In this document: piece by piece, positions 27,926 to 37,015 of the stretch
How positions within the stretch are numbered: position 1 is the stretch's first letter
How the letters are laid out: every line of letters starts with the position of its first letter
Sequence record: SRR20825019_2178
Reading direction: 5' to 3' (one strand)
DNA length: 44,441 nucleotides
Notes under the pieces: model-generated
What the model saw: the letters and a program-made list of their open reading frames with translations, nothing else
Databases searched by the model: none
Told to the model about the DNA's origin: nothing
Made by a program: the position numbers and the translations under genes

Positions 27926-28229
27926 TGTCGTCCTCCATCTGTTTGAGCTGGTCGTGGGCCGCCGCCTCGGCGGCCCGGATTTCGCCATCGGCGCGCATCG
28001 CCTGGCGGGCAAGTTCGGCGATCGCGCCGGAAAGCGCGGCATTGGCTTCGGTCACCTCGGCCCGCCAATAGGCATCGCGCTCGGCCGTCGCCGAGGCGAC
28101 CCGATCGTCGATCATGTCGGAAACCTTGCCGATGGCCGTGCGCGCCGTGACGCCGGCGACAGCCAGAAGCGCGGCGACCAGGATCACGGGCATCATCTGT
28201 TTCGAGAAAAGTGCGGAGAGCCAGGCCAA
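27858..28229 (-). CDS. Inner-membrane spanin (Rz-like)
   Basis: N-terminal TM helix plus coiled coil; lysis cassette position. Confidence 0.7.
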   Translation of the reverse strand: MAWLSALFSKQMMPVILVAALLAVAGVTARTAIGKVSDMIDDRVASATAERDAYWRAEVTEANAALSGAIAELARQAMRADGEIRAAEAAAHDQLKQMEDDNAALPDGDGCGVSARRLQLLPR

Positions 28230-28231
28230 CG

Positions 28232-28492
28232 CTATTCGCCCCCTCGGTCATGCCTCTGGCGCGCAAGCGTCTGCATGTCCTTCGACCCCGTGACCCGGTG
28301 AATGCCGAGCATGGCGGCAACCAGCCCGGCCATGATCGGGATCACCGTCGGCGCAAGCGACAGTGCGCCGGCGGAGTCCAGGCAGGCGGCGATCACGACG
28401 GTGAAGATCACGAACCAGGCGGCGATCTGGGAAACCAGCATGTAGCGCTTGGAGGACCGGTAATGCGGCTTCTGCATCGTCATGCGCCTCAT
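28232..28492 (-). CDS. Putative holin (2 TM)
   Basis: Two hydrophobic helices; charged C-terminus; lies between endolysin and spanins; ATGA overlap. Confidence 0.65.
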   Translation of the reverse strand: MRRMTMQKPHYRSSKRYMLVSQIAAWFVIFTVVIAACLDSAGALSLAPTVIPIMAGLVAAMLGIHRVTGSKDMQTLARQRHDRGGE

Positions 28493-29190
28493 GCCGCAAG
28501 CGCCATGAAGGGTGCCTGGCCGGCAAGCGCGCGCTCCATCTCGTCGCGGGTCTGCGGGCCGACGATGCCGTCGGCGACAATGCCCCGGAGCTTCTGGAAC
28601 CAGATCGTCACCATCTCGATCGTGTGATCGAAGGCATCCGTTGGCTGGACCGGCCATTGATGCCCGATCTGTTCGCGGTAGCGCGCAAGGTCATCAACCC
28701 AGGCGGCGACGGCCGGGCCGCGATCGCCGCGACGGAGCAATTCGTCCTTATACGGAATGACGTCGGCCATGCCGCTGAACAGGTGGCCATACTCGGCGCG
28801 GGCGTCGAAGCATGGGCAGGCTTTGCCCTTGTCGTAGTCGCGATGGCCGCTGATCCGCGTGATCCCGAAACGGTCGCGCAGATCAATGATCTCGGCTGTC
28901 AGCGCGTTTTCCTGCGCGAGCGTGCGCGTGTCGGTGGTGCGCTTCATATCGGCGGACCTACCGCCGACATAGACAACGCCGATCGTGCCAGTGTTGTGCC
29001 CGGCGACGTGCGCGCCGATCCGCTCGATCGGCCGCCCGGCTTCCCGGCGGCCGTCGAGATGAACGACGCGGTGATAGCCGATGCCGGACCAGCCGCGCTC
29101 AAGGTGCCAACGGTTGATCTCGGCGACGCTGACGGGCCGGCCAGCCGGGGTGTCGGTGCAATGGATGATGATTTCGTTAATGGGGCGCAT
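28489..29190 (-). CDS. Endolysin: N-acetylmuramoyl-L-alanine amidase with peptidoglycan-binding domain
   Basis: IIIHCT, IGYH, GAHVAGHN, GHRD and KACPCF motifs; C-terminal LRRGDRG...FQ...DGIVGPQT. Confidence 0.93.
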   Translation of the reverse strand: MRPINEIIIHCTDTPAGRPVSVAEINRWHLERGWSGIGYHRVVHLDGRREAGRPIERIGAHVAGHNTGTIGVVYVGGRSADMKRTTDTRTLAQENALTAEIIDLRDRFGITRISGHRDYDKGKACPCFDARAEYGHLFSGMADVIPYKDELLRRGDRGPAVAAWVDDLARYREQIGHQWPVQPTDAFDHTIEMVTIWFQKLRGIVADGIVGPQTRDEMERALAGQAPFMALAA

Positions 29191-29253
29191 GCTGGCTCCG
29201 GCTGCCTGTGTTGTGCTGCTCGGAGGATGCGGAAATCGAAGGCGAATTACCTA

Positions 29254-29270
29254 CCACAAGGCGCTTGTGG
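29254..29270 (-). promoter_or_regulatory. Candidate late-activator site of the lysis (Plys-like) promoter
   Basis: Palindrome CCACAAG-GCG-CTTGTGG upstream of the endolysin. Confidence 0.6.
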
Positions 29271-29276
29271 GAGCTT

Positions 29277-29636
29277 TCAGTCCTGATCGAAAAATGAGAG
29301 CTGACGCTTGTCTTCGTCCCTGAGATAGGACCGGATCGTCACGTCCGAGACATGTAGCTCGCGCGCGATGGCGAGAACCGAATAACCTCGGGCCTTCAGG
29401 GCCCGCGCCAGCCAGCGCCGGTTGATTGGCACCCGGTATAGATGACCCACGCCGAGCGTTTCGGCAAGAGCTTTGACTTTATCGGTACCGATCACCTGGG
29501 AAAGGTCTGAGCCCGCGCGCGGGTTTTCCGACAGATAGGCAGAGGCGCCGCCGAATTTCAGAAAGAAAGTGACGGCGAGGTCTTCGCCGAGCACCTCGAC
29601 ATAAGGTTCAAGATTGGCCGGGATCGGATCACCCAT
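29277..29636 (-). CDS. Mor/C-like late transcription activator
   Basis: EVLGEDLA...FGG motif; C-terminal HTH; last gene before the lysis cassette. Confidence 0.8.
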   Translation of the reverse strand: MGDPIPANLEPYVEVLGEDLAVTFFLKFGGASAYLSENPRAGSDLSQVIGTDKVKALAETLGVGHLYRVPINRRWLARALKARGYSVLAIARELHVSDVTIRSYLRDEDKRQLSFFDQD

Positions 29637-29904
29637 CCGCCCCTCCGTCACGATAGTCCCGCGAAGGCCAGTGCTTCGGATAGCATGAGACTACCGTATC
29701 CCCGCGAAGGATGAACTTCGCGCCGTCGGAGATCACGGCGGACGCGCCGAAGCGGACGCCGTCGACGCATCGGCTCTGGATCAGCATCCGCATGGTCTCG
29801 ACATCGATGCCCTGGAAGCGCTCGATAAACCGCAGGACCGCGCGGTCGGTGACGATCGGAACAATCAGTCCGGTTTCCGGCATGTTTTTGCTACGACCGC
29901 TCAT
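29629..29904 (-). CDS. Hypothetical protein (91 aa)
   Basis: VTDRAVLRFIER motif; ATGA-coupled to gemA. Confidence 0.7.
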   Translation of the reverse strand: MSGRSKNMPETGLIVPIVTDRAVLRFIERFQGIDVETMRMLIQSRCVDGVRFGASAVISDGAKFILRGDTVVSCYPKHWPSRDYRDGGADG

Positions 29905-30524
29905 GACGCTTCCGCCTTCATCGCTCGAACTCTTTCGCCAAGGGCATTCATGACCCTGATCCACTCGGCGCGAGTCAGGTCGCGGACGCCCGGCCTTGTG
30001 CCGGCCAACATTGGCACCGTCGACCAGAAATCGTTCGGGTCCTGCTGGAGGAACTTCCACTGCGCGACGGCGAGCTTGTAGCCCTCGGCCTGCCGCCAGA
30101 GCTGCATGGCGCGATGGACGCGCCAGTCGACACCAGCTTCCCGCGCCATCCACGCCTTCAGCGCCTCGATCGCCTTGGCGGCGTCATCCGCGTAGTGGAG
30201 GAAACGCGTGTGATCGATCCCGGTCTGGCGCTTGACGAACGCAAGCAACGCCTTGTCGTCGCGGTTTTCGATAATTCCGAGGTTCCAGGCGGCGATCCAC
30301 AATGCCTGGAGTTTCGGCGCGAAGGGTCCGGTGAGCTTTTTGCGGCCGTCTGGGCGAAGGTCGCCGCCAAGCCGGCGAAACTCTGCGGCAACGGCATCCT
30401 TCTCTATGTCGCTCATCAGCCTGAGCATTGGCTTGCCGGTGACGCGCTCGTAGATCGCTCGACGTGTCTCCTCGTCGAGGCCGAGCTTACCGGAGATCGC
30501 GTGAATGGTGCGCGCAGCAATCAT
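29901..30524 (-). CDS. gemA: GemA / Mu gp16 (DUF1018) regulatory protein
   Basis: LGLDEETRR...VTGK, KLQALW, ALLAFVKRQTG and AIEALKAW motifs. Confidence 0.88.
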   Translation of the reverse strand: MIAARTIHAISGKLGLDEETRRAIYERVTGKPMLRLMSDIEKDAVAAEFRRLGGDLRPDGRKKLTGPFAPKLQALWIAAWNLGIIENRDDKALLAFVKRQTGIDHTRFLHYADDAAKAIEALKAWMAREAGVDWRVHRAMQLWRQAEGYKLAVAQWKFLQQDPNDFWSTVPMLAGTRPGVRDLTRAEWIRVMNALGERVRAMKAEAS

Positions 30525-30586
30525 TGCGTAGCCTTCTGCAATTGACGAGACTGCACCGATAGGAACAAGAACCGGGGGCGAAACTG

Positions 30587-31321
30587 GTGAAAGATGACAT
30601 TCCCAAGTATGTGATTGGCGCAGTGGTGGGTGCCATTACTGTCGCGCTCGCGCTGAATGCCGTTTTCGGCGGGAAAGACGAAATTCCTGGTAACTTGCTT
30701 TATCACTACCAGACACTGATCACTGGACTTCTTGCACTTGGAGCTGCGTTTCTCACGGTTCGGCAGATGAAGCGCAGTGACGAGAAAACAGCGGAGTATC
30801 ACAAAGAGCAGATTGAGACTCAGCTTCGCCCGTTTGCTTTGAAAGTTGAGCGTCTTTGCAAGCCTGGAATACAAGACCTGCTTTTTTATCGCGCGTGCTT
30901 GGATCGGCTTGGGATGCCTCCTCGTCTCTCTGCGGGAGAAGAAGCGGCGAAGAGACTGAAATATCGGAACTGGTTGGGCAGAGCCAGCACGTTTTGCGCA
31001 GGCATCGAGGAGCTGCTCAATCGCCCCTGCTGGACAGAAGATAGTGAGGCGTTGGACGGTTGGACGAAAGACCTTCATTCCGTAATGCAGCGCACCTGTC
31101 GCGCGGTCGATATCGCAGTCGGCCGACGATTGGACTTCATTGAAGCGCTTGCCGATCAGGAACATGTGCCCGTTGGCCAGGAAGAAGCGGCCTATGCGGA
31201 AGCGGACTTCGTTAACCTCGTCAAGATTCTCGAATTGCACGAAATGACTGATGCTTTGGTGCGAGATCTCCGCAAGCTGGCTGCCCTTTACAAGATCGAT
31301 GTATCTGAATTCGATGAATAG
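30587..31321 (+). CDS. Antisense moron: 244-aa membrane protein (2 N-terminal TM helices plus helical domain)
   Basis: Opposite strand to the early operon; lower GC; hydrophobic helices; YQTLITGLLALGAA motif. Confidence 0.75.
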   Translation: MKDDIPKYVIGAVVGAITVALALNAVFGGKDEIPGNLLYHYQTLITGLLALGAAFLTVRQMKRSDEKTAEYHKEQIETQLRPFALKVERLCKPGIQDLLFYRACLDRLGMPPRLSAGEEAAKRLKYRNWLGRASTFCAGIEELLNRPCWTEDSEALDGWTKDLHSVMQRTCRAVDIAVGRRLDFIEALADQEHVPVGQEEAAYAEADFVNLVKILELHEMTDALVRDLRKLAALYKIDVSEFDE

Positions 31322-31365
31322 CATGCTGGCCGAAAAGTCGACGCCGAGGTAATATTCATCCTTCT

Positions 31366-32136
31366 TCACGCCCCAGCCCTCGCCAAATCGATCGTGATTG
31401 CCTGCCACCGGTCTTCGACCGTGCGCCGGTGATAAAACCGGACATACTGCTTCGACCCCGTCACCCGCATTGCGTCGCGGATCGCGCTCATGGCGCGCTG
31501 CCACCGCGCGTCCTCGATATTGTGGCGAAGTAAGCTGAATATCTCCGCCCGGTTGATCTGCCCTTCCTTGTCGGTGTTGAAGGCTCGCGTGACGATCGCC
31601 TGGATTTCCGGGCGGCTTTCCGCTGACCATTCGTTCAGGCACTCGTCGATCAGCCCCTTGGCGATCTGTAGCTCCGGGCCGAAGTCGATCCGCTCGGCAA
31701 CCTGCACCTGAACCTTCATAAGCCCGTCATAGGACTGATAGGTCCGGTTGCCCTTCTTGCCGCCCTTGGTGACCTCGTATTCCTGCGCCAGCAGTGCATC
31801 GAAGCCGTCGAGGTCGATCATCGTGTGTTCGAGGAACCGGCCGATCTGGGCGGATAGGTCGAAGGCAAAGGCGATGACCTTGCGCACAACCTCATCCTCC
31901 AGCTTGTGCTGCGGCTTGACCATGTCGAGCGGCACCAGCCGGGCGCTGGCATCGGTCATGAAATCCCGACCATTGACCAGCGTCACCCCGGTTCCGATTT
32001 CGCGGACCTGTGCCTGGTAAAGCGCCTCCGGCACGAACCGGCCGCGTACGTCCTCGACATAGCGCGCGCCGCCAATCTCGGCGATGCGGGCCTGCCGCTC
32101 TTCATTCTCAAGAATGCATGCTTCCATCGCGTTCAT
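31366..32136 (-). CDS. DUF3164 family protein
   Basis: GGKKGNRTYQSYDG, IDFGPELQIAKGLIDECLNEWS and GSKQYVRFY motifs. Confidence 0.9.
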   Translation of the reverse strand: MNAMEACILENEERQARIAEIGGARYVEDVRGRFVPEALYQAQVREIGTGVTLVNGRDFMTDASARLVPLDMVKPQHKLEDEVVRKVIAFAFDLSAQIGRFLEHTMIDLDGFDALLAQEYEVTKGGKKGNRTYQSYDGLMKVQVQVAERIDFGPELQIAKGLIDECLNEWSAESRPEIQAIVTRAFNTDKEGQINRAEIFSLLRHNIEDARWQRAMSAIRDAMRVTGSKQYVRFYHRRTVEDRWQAITIDLARAGA

Positions 32137-32372
32137 GCCGCGTTGCCTCCGTTGGCGTCGTCGTTCAGGGTCAGTTTCAGCGGCGGCGGGGTTTGCCGCG
32201 TCTCAGTGAGGAGGCGGTTTTCCGCCTCCAGCTCTTCGGTCAGCGCGATGCCGGTGTTGAGCCGCGTCACCATGCCCTCAAGCTCATTGATCGTCGGCCG
32301 CTTGCGCGCGCGGATGAAAACCCGCATCTCGTCGCGCACGCCGCCGACATATTCGGATGCCTGCAGGTTCAT
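32133..32372 (-). CDS. Hypothetical early protein (79 aa)
   Basis: ATGA-coupled at both ends. Confidence 0.7.
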   Translation of the reverse strand: MNLQASEYVGGVRDEMRVFIRARKRPTINELEGMVTRLNTGIALTEELEAENRLLTETRQTPPPLKLTLNDDANGGNAA

Positions 32373-32671
32373 CGCCGGCCCCCCGTGAAATCCGGACGGA
32401 CGATCTTGCCCTCCGGGTCGGCGACAAGCTGGCCGAGCTTGTGGCCGGCCTCGCTCTCCAGCACGCTCTTTCTGGCGTTGTGAGCCTCGGCCATCCGATG
32501 GATCGCGACTTCCTCCTCCAGGGTCCGCGCGAGCCTGCGCATGGCCTTGAGCTGCTTGACGAAGCGGAAGGTCTCCTCGCCGGAAAGCGAGCATCCGGTG
32601 TGGGAGCAGTCCTCGAACTGGACGGCATAGTTTGCGATGGTGTCGCTGAGTGTCGTGTCGAGGTGGCGCAT
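32369..32671 (-). CDS. Hypothetical early protein (100 aa)
   Basis: TGATG-coupled to MuB. Confidence 0.75.
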   Translation of the reverse strand: MRHLDTTLSDTIANYAVQFEDCSHTGCSLSGEETFRFVKQLKAMRRLARTLEEEVAIHRMAEAHNARKSVLESEAGHKLGQLVADPEGKIVRPDFTGGRR

Positions 32672-33699
32672 CAGGCGATGTCCTCCACGTCACGGTTCTT
32701 CCAGGCGGTTTCGACGTGGCGGGCGCTGATTGGCTCGTCGTTCGCCATCGCCAGCATGGAGGCAAGCTTCAGCGTCTTGTCGATCTGGCCGAGCGCGCCG
32801 CCCTTCAGCCCCATGCCGATCAGCGTCTTGACCGCGACCGGATCGGTCACGCCCCAGGCATCGATAAAGGCTTCAAGGTCCGCGCGAAGCGGCTGGCGGC
32901 GATTGAGCCGCTTGCCGATGCGGCGGCGAAGCTGGGCGTAGGACCGCCCCTCGGATTTGCTGGCAAACCGTCCATAGACCTCGTCATTGCCGACAAGCGC
33001 GACGCCGCAGCCATAGATATCGACGAAGTGCCGGAGCTGGTTGATCGCGTCGTCGACAAGGTTCTGCGCCTCGTCGATGATCAAAAGCGTGCCGCCGCCG
33101 ATCCGCTCCAGCTTCTTGCCGATCGCCCGCGTGAGTTTGGCCGGATTATGCTCCTGCACATTCAGCTCGGCCGCAAGCTCGATCAGCATCGCATGCACAT
33201 TCTTGGTGTGCGGGCTGACGGTCGCGAGATAGGCATTCGGGCGCGTGGCGCAGTAGTGCCTGCAGGCCATGGTCTTGCCCATGCCCGCCGCCAGCGTGAC
33301 GATCACGAAATCGGCGGTCACCTGCGCCCAGTTCAGCGTTTCCAGAACCTCATGGGCCGTTCGGGTTTTGAGGAAGGTCGGAGACTGCGGGACTTTCGCG
33401 GCGAATGCCGCCTGGTCCTCGACGTCATCGAGCCAGAGGCGCACCGTCTGGTTCTGCTTGTCGAGGCGACCGTTATATTTGCCCGAGACCCATTGCGAGA
33501 ATGTGCCGTCGGCCATGCCGCAGCGGCGCGCCACCTCGGCCTTCGTCCAGCCGTTCGCGTTGGCGACCTCGATCGTGCGGTCAATCAGCGACCACCAATG
33601 ATCGATATCATCCTGGCTGCGGTTTGCGGAAAGCTCCGGTCCCGCGACAGGGCGTTCCCAGAATGTCTTGGTTTGGCTTGTGCCAGCATAAATGTTCAT
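32671..33699 (-). CDS. MuB-like transposition AAA+ ATPase
   Basis: N-terminal HTH; Walker A AGMGKT; Walker B LLIIDEAQ; follows the transposase. Confidence 0.95.
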   Translation of the reverse strand: MNIYAGTSQTKTFWERPVAGPELSANRSQDDIDHWWSLIDRTIEVANANGWTKAEVARRCGMADGTFSQWVSGKYNGRLDKQNQTVRLWLDDVEDQAAFAAKVPQSPTFLKTRTAHEVLETLNWAQVTADFVIVTLAAGMGKTMACRHYCATRPNAYLATVSPHTKNVHAMLIELAAELNVQEHNPAKLTRAIGKKLERIGGGTLLIIDEAQNLVDDAINQLRHFVDIYGCGVALVGNDEVYGRFASKSEGRSYAQLRRRIGKRLNRRQPLRADLEAFIDAWGVTDPVAVKTLIGMGLKGGALGQIDKTLKLASMLAMANDEPISARHVETAWKNRDVEDIA

Positions 33700-33725
33700 T
33701 TATGGTTCCTTTGCTTTAGATTGTC

Positions 33726-33754
33726 GGGCGGGGGAGACCCCGCCCTCTTTTTTT
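33726..33754 (+). terminator. Plus-strand intrinsic terminator between MuA and MuB
   Basis: GGGCGGGG-GAGA-CCCCGCCC followed by TCTTTTTTT. Confidence 0.7.
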
Positions 33755-33795
33755 GGAACCGTACGCACTACATTTCGGTTGTCCGCCGGACATGA

Positions 33796-35754
33796 CTAGG
33801 CGTCCGACGCCTTCCCCTTGGGGAACTTGATCACCCCGCCATCGCCCCGGATCATGGACATGGCGCGGGAGAAACTCTCTTCGAAGTCGATCTCGTCTTC
33901 CTGCTGCCGCGGCTTCATCTGCGGCACGGTGGCAATGCGCGTGACGACCGGGCGCTGAGGTTCGGCAGGCTTCGGCGCGGCAGGCTTTTCGCCGCGGTAG
34001 ATGATCTCGCCCAGCTCCCGCGCCGTGAGCTTCCGCTTGGCCGCAAGCGCCGCCTTCTGCGCCTTCAGGTAAGCGCTGCGGTTCTTGCCATGCTCGCGCG
34101 CCTTGCCGATATCGCCGAAGCCGGTGTCATCAAGGCATTCGGCCTCGCAGATCAGAACGTCGTTCAGATCGTAGACCTTCACCGGCTGATGCAGATTGTC
34201 CGGGTCGAAGCGGACCGTGACCTTCTTGCCGGCATATTGCGTGAGCGCTGGCGACCAATAGCGGTTCTTCTGGAAATGGATCATGCCATTGCCCTTGGCC
34301 GCCTTGATCGCCTCGGAGGCGAGCAGCCAGAGCGAGCGCTGCGCCGATGTCGGCCAGCGCACAATGCTGGTCGGCTTGGCAAGGCTTGCCTCAAAGGTTT
34401 CGTCGAAGCTCCGGCCATTGCACGTCTCCGATCGCCTGCCTAGCTGGGCGTTGTGCTCGGCAATTTGCGCCGCCACATGCATCCTGAACTCCTCCAGCGG
34501 GATCGCTCGCGCGGCATAGTTCTCCGGCTTCTCCTCGGTATTGCGCCCTGTATAAGCGCCGGAGCAGAACGGGTGTTTCCCGATCGCCTCGGCGAGATCG
34601 CGCCATGCGCGTTCGATCGGCTTGGACTGACCGGAATAGGGCTGCGAGAAATGCAGATTAATGCCGAGCGTCGTCACCAGCCCGCGCGGGTCCTCGTCGC
34701 GGATCTTGAACCGGAAGCGCGTGCGGCTCTGCCCTGAAATCCATTTGCTGGCAAAGGCCCGGCCATTATCCAGCACCATGTCGTCGGGAATACCGAATTT
34801 CTCGACCATATCGCCGATGACGAGGCGCACCGTTTCCCATGTCTCCGCCTCGGAAAGACGCCAGGCGACGATCTTGCCGGAATAGACGTCCTGAATGCCG
34901 AGCAGATACATGCGCGTCGGTTTTTCAGACCATGGCACACGAACAAACACGTCGATCTTGTGCCCGTCCATATTGACCGCCTGCATGGCATGAAGGCTGA
35001 TCTTGCTGCGGCGCTGCGCCGGATAAAGCGCCTTTGCCTTATCCCCGCCTTCGCGGGCGATCACCTGTTCGGCCTTCGGCACTTCGGCCTCAAGGCGACG
35101 GCGCAGGGCGCGTTCGCCTGGGATCGGTGCCCAGCCCTCTCGGGCCGCGACTTTCGTCATCCGCCGATAGCAGGCAGAGAATGCGGGTTTTTCCGGTCGC
35201 AGGAAATCGGAAAGCAGCATCTGCCATGCTTGTTCCTGGCATTCTGAGGGCTTGGTCGCGGAAGCGAAAGAAGGCGCCAATGCCGCAAGCCAATCGGCCC
35301 GCTCCGATTGATCGCAGAGCGACTGCCAATAATAGAGGATGCGCTTGCTGACGCCTTCCATAGTGGAAACGACGTCGACAGCGTTCTTTGGGCTGACGCC
35401 TGCATCGATCATTTCCCTGAGCTTCGAAACGACCTTCAAACGGCCTTTACAGAGCTCTTTATGGCGCTTCGGCAGGGCATGGTATTTCGCCCAGAGCGCC
35501 TGCCGGTGTTTTTCGAGGGCCTGTTTTCTGGCCTGCTCGTCTTCCAGATAGCCGACCTTGATCCGCGTCTGGGCTGTTTCGGGCATCAGCGAGTAGTGGT
35601 ATTCAAACCCGCCGCCGCGGCCTTTGCGCTTGCGCGCCTTGCCGGTCTTTCTCCAGCCGTTCTGCTGGGCAAGATATTCCACTCCCTGACGGGTGGCCGG
35701 CATGCCGGGCAAACGATCATCCGCCAGTTCCTGCGCCGTAAACCACTCCTTCAT
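33796..35754 (-). CDS. MuA-like DDE transposase
   Basis: Mu DNA-binding N-terminus (GRGGGFEYHYS); DGH, DNGRAF and KPIER catalytic motifs; C-terminal VRFDP. Confidence 0.96.
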   Translation of the reverse strand: MKEWFTAQELADDRLPGMPATRQGVEYLAQQNGWRKTGKARKRKGRGGGFEYHYSLMPETAQTRIKVGYLEDEQARKQALEKHRQALWAKYHALPKRHKELCKGRLKVVSKLREMIDAGVSPKNAVDVVSTMEGVSKRILYYWQSLCDQSERADWLAALAPSFASATKPSECQEQAWQMLLSDFLRPEKPAFSACYRRMTKVAAREGWAPIPGERALRRRLEAEVPKAEQVIAREGGDKAKALYPAQRRSKISLHAMQAVNMDGHKIDVFVRVPWSEKPTRMYLLGIQDVYSGKIVAWRLSEAETWETVRLVIGDMVEKFGIPDDMVLDNGRAFASKWISGQSRTRFRFKIRDEDPRGLVTTLGINLHFSQPYSGQSKPIERAWRDLAEAIGKHPFCSGAYTGRNTEEKPENYAARAIPLEEFRMHVAAQIAEHNAQLGRRSETCNGRSFDETFEASLAKPTSIVRWPTSAQRSLWLLASEAIKAAKGNGMIHFQKNRYWSPALTQYAGKKVTVRFDPDNLHQPVKVYDLNDVLICEAECLDDTGFGDIGKAREHGKNRSAYLKAQKAALAAKRKLTARELGEIIYRGEKPAAPKPAEPQRPVVTRIATVPQMKPRQQEDEIDFEESFSRAMSMIRGDGGVIKFPKGKASDA

Positions 35755-36209
35755 GACCGCCCCCGCCGAATAGTCACCGGCCGCGCCGTCAGCGTCTTCA
35801 GTTCCGCCGTCAGCTTGCGCCGCTCCTGCTCCAGCCGGGCGATTTCGGCGAGGCGCGCCTCGTCACCTTCCAGCAACAGCAGCCCGTCATCGGAAACGAT
35901 CTCGTCCCAAAGCCACACCGCCCCGGTCGCCCGCACAAACGCCTTGAACCGCGCCAGACTGATGTCGTGGCCGTTCTTGCTTTCCGCCGTATAGGCATCG
36001 AGCGTTGCCTTGGAGATGTTGGCGAGGCCCAGATATTGGGCCATCCGCGCGGCAATGGTCGGCCGGTCGTAGGGGCATTCGCGGATCGCCCGCGCCATCG
36101 CCCGCTTCACCCGCGCCCGGAAGCGCTCAAGGTCGATGGATTGCGCCGCCTGGCGCACCGGAAACAGCGGCGCGGCAAAGAAATCGAGTTGATCGGGATC
36201 GGGCCTCAT
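35751..36209 (-). CDS. Putative DNA-binding early protein (152 aa)
   Basis: IAARM...ISKATLDAYTAESK HTH-like motif; coupled to the transposase. Confidence 0.75.
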   Translation of the reverse strand: MRPDPDQLDFFAAPLFPVRQAAQSIDLERFRARVKRAMARAIRECPYDRPTIAARMAQYLGLANISKATLDAYTAESKNGHDISLARFKAFVRATGAVWLWDEIVSDDGLLLLEGDEARLAEIARLEQERRKLTAELKTLTARPVTIRRGRS

Positions 36210-37015
36210 GCCGCGTCCTCTCGGCCGATTTCCGCCAGAAACGCCTTGCGCGTCGCGTCGTCGGCTTGGCCCCAGATATCCAGCAGCGCCTTCAGCATGG
36301 CGTCGCGCTTCGCCTCGGGCTTTTCCGAAGGGCGCACGGCTTTGACATGGCCGAGAGCCTTCTTCAGGTCGCCGCCCTCGGCGCGCAGCGCGATTGCCGC
36401 GCGCCGCTGCTCCTGCGGCTCCATCTTGGCGAGTTTCAGAAGTGCCGCCTGGTTATCGGCCAGTGGCGTACCGCGAACGACGGTGCGTAGATCGGAATGC
36501 AGGCGCTGCGCAATGCGGTTGAGGCGCTTAACCGCATCCGGCGATACGCCCATTCTATCGGCCACATGTTTTGAAAATCCCGCGCTGGCCTCGTCGGCAA
36601 TAATTAGGGGCAAGTTGCCCCTAATTGCTTTCGGCCCGGAAACGATCTTGCCAAACTTGCTTTCCCAGACATCACGATAGGTCTGCACAAAGACGGCACG
36701 GTCGATCACCGAAAGCTCATTGCGAAACAGGTTTTCCGTGATCTCCAGAAGCACCGCCTCCTGCTGGTCGGCGTCGACGACAACCGCGTCGATCTCCGTC
36801 TCGTCCAGCAGTTCCATGGCGCACAGCCGGTGCGCACCGGCCACCAGCGTGTACGCTCCGCCCTTGGCGGCGGGCGTGGCGCGCACCGTCACCGGGTTCA
36901 AAAGCCCGTGTTCGACGATGGATGCCGAGATTGCCAGTGCATGATCTTCCTCGACCGCGCGAAGCCGCTCCGGCACATGGATCTTCGCAATCGGAATGGT
37001 CTTGGAAACAGCCAT
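36206..37015 (-). CDS. ParB N-terminal-domain protein
   Basis: GLLNPVTVR, LVAGAHRL and ENLFRNELS motifs. Confidence 0.88.
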   Translation of the reverse strand: MAVSKTIPIAKIHVPERLRAVEEDHALAISASIVEHGLLNPVTVRATPAAKGGAYTLVAGAHRLCAMELLDETEIDAVVVDADQQEAVLLEITENLFRNELSVIDRAVFVQTYRDVWESKFGKIVSGPKAIRGNLPLIIADEASAGFSKHVADRMGVSPDAVKRLNRIAQRLHSDLRTVVRGTPLADNQAALLKLAKMEPQEQRRAAIALRAEGGDLKKALGHVKAVRPSEKPEAKRDAMLKALLDIWGQADDATRKAFLAEIGREDAA

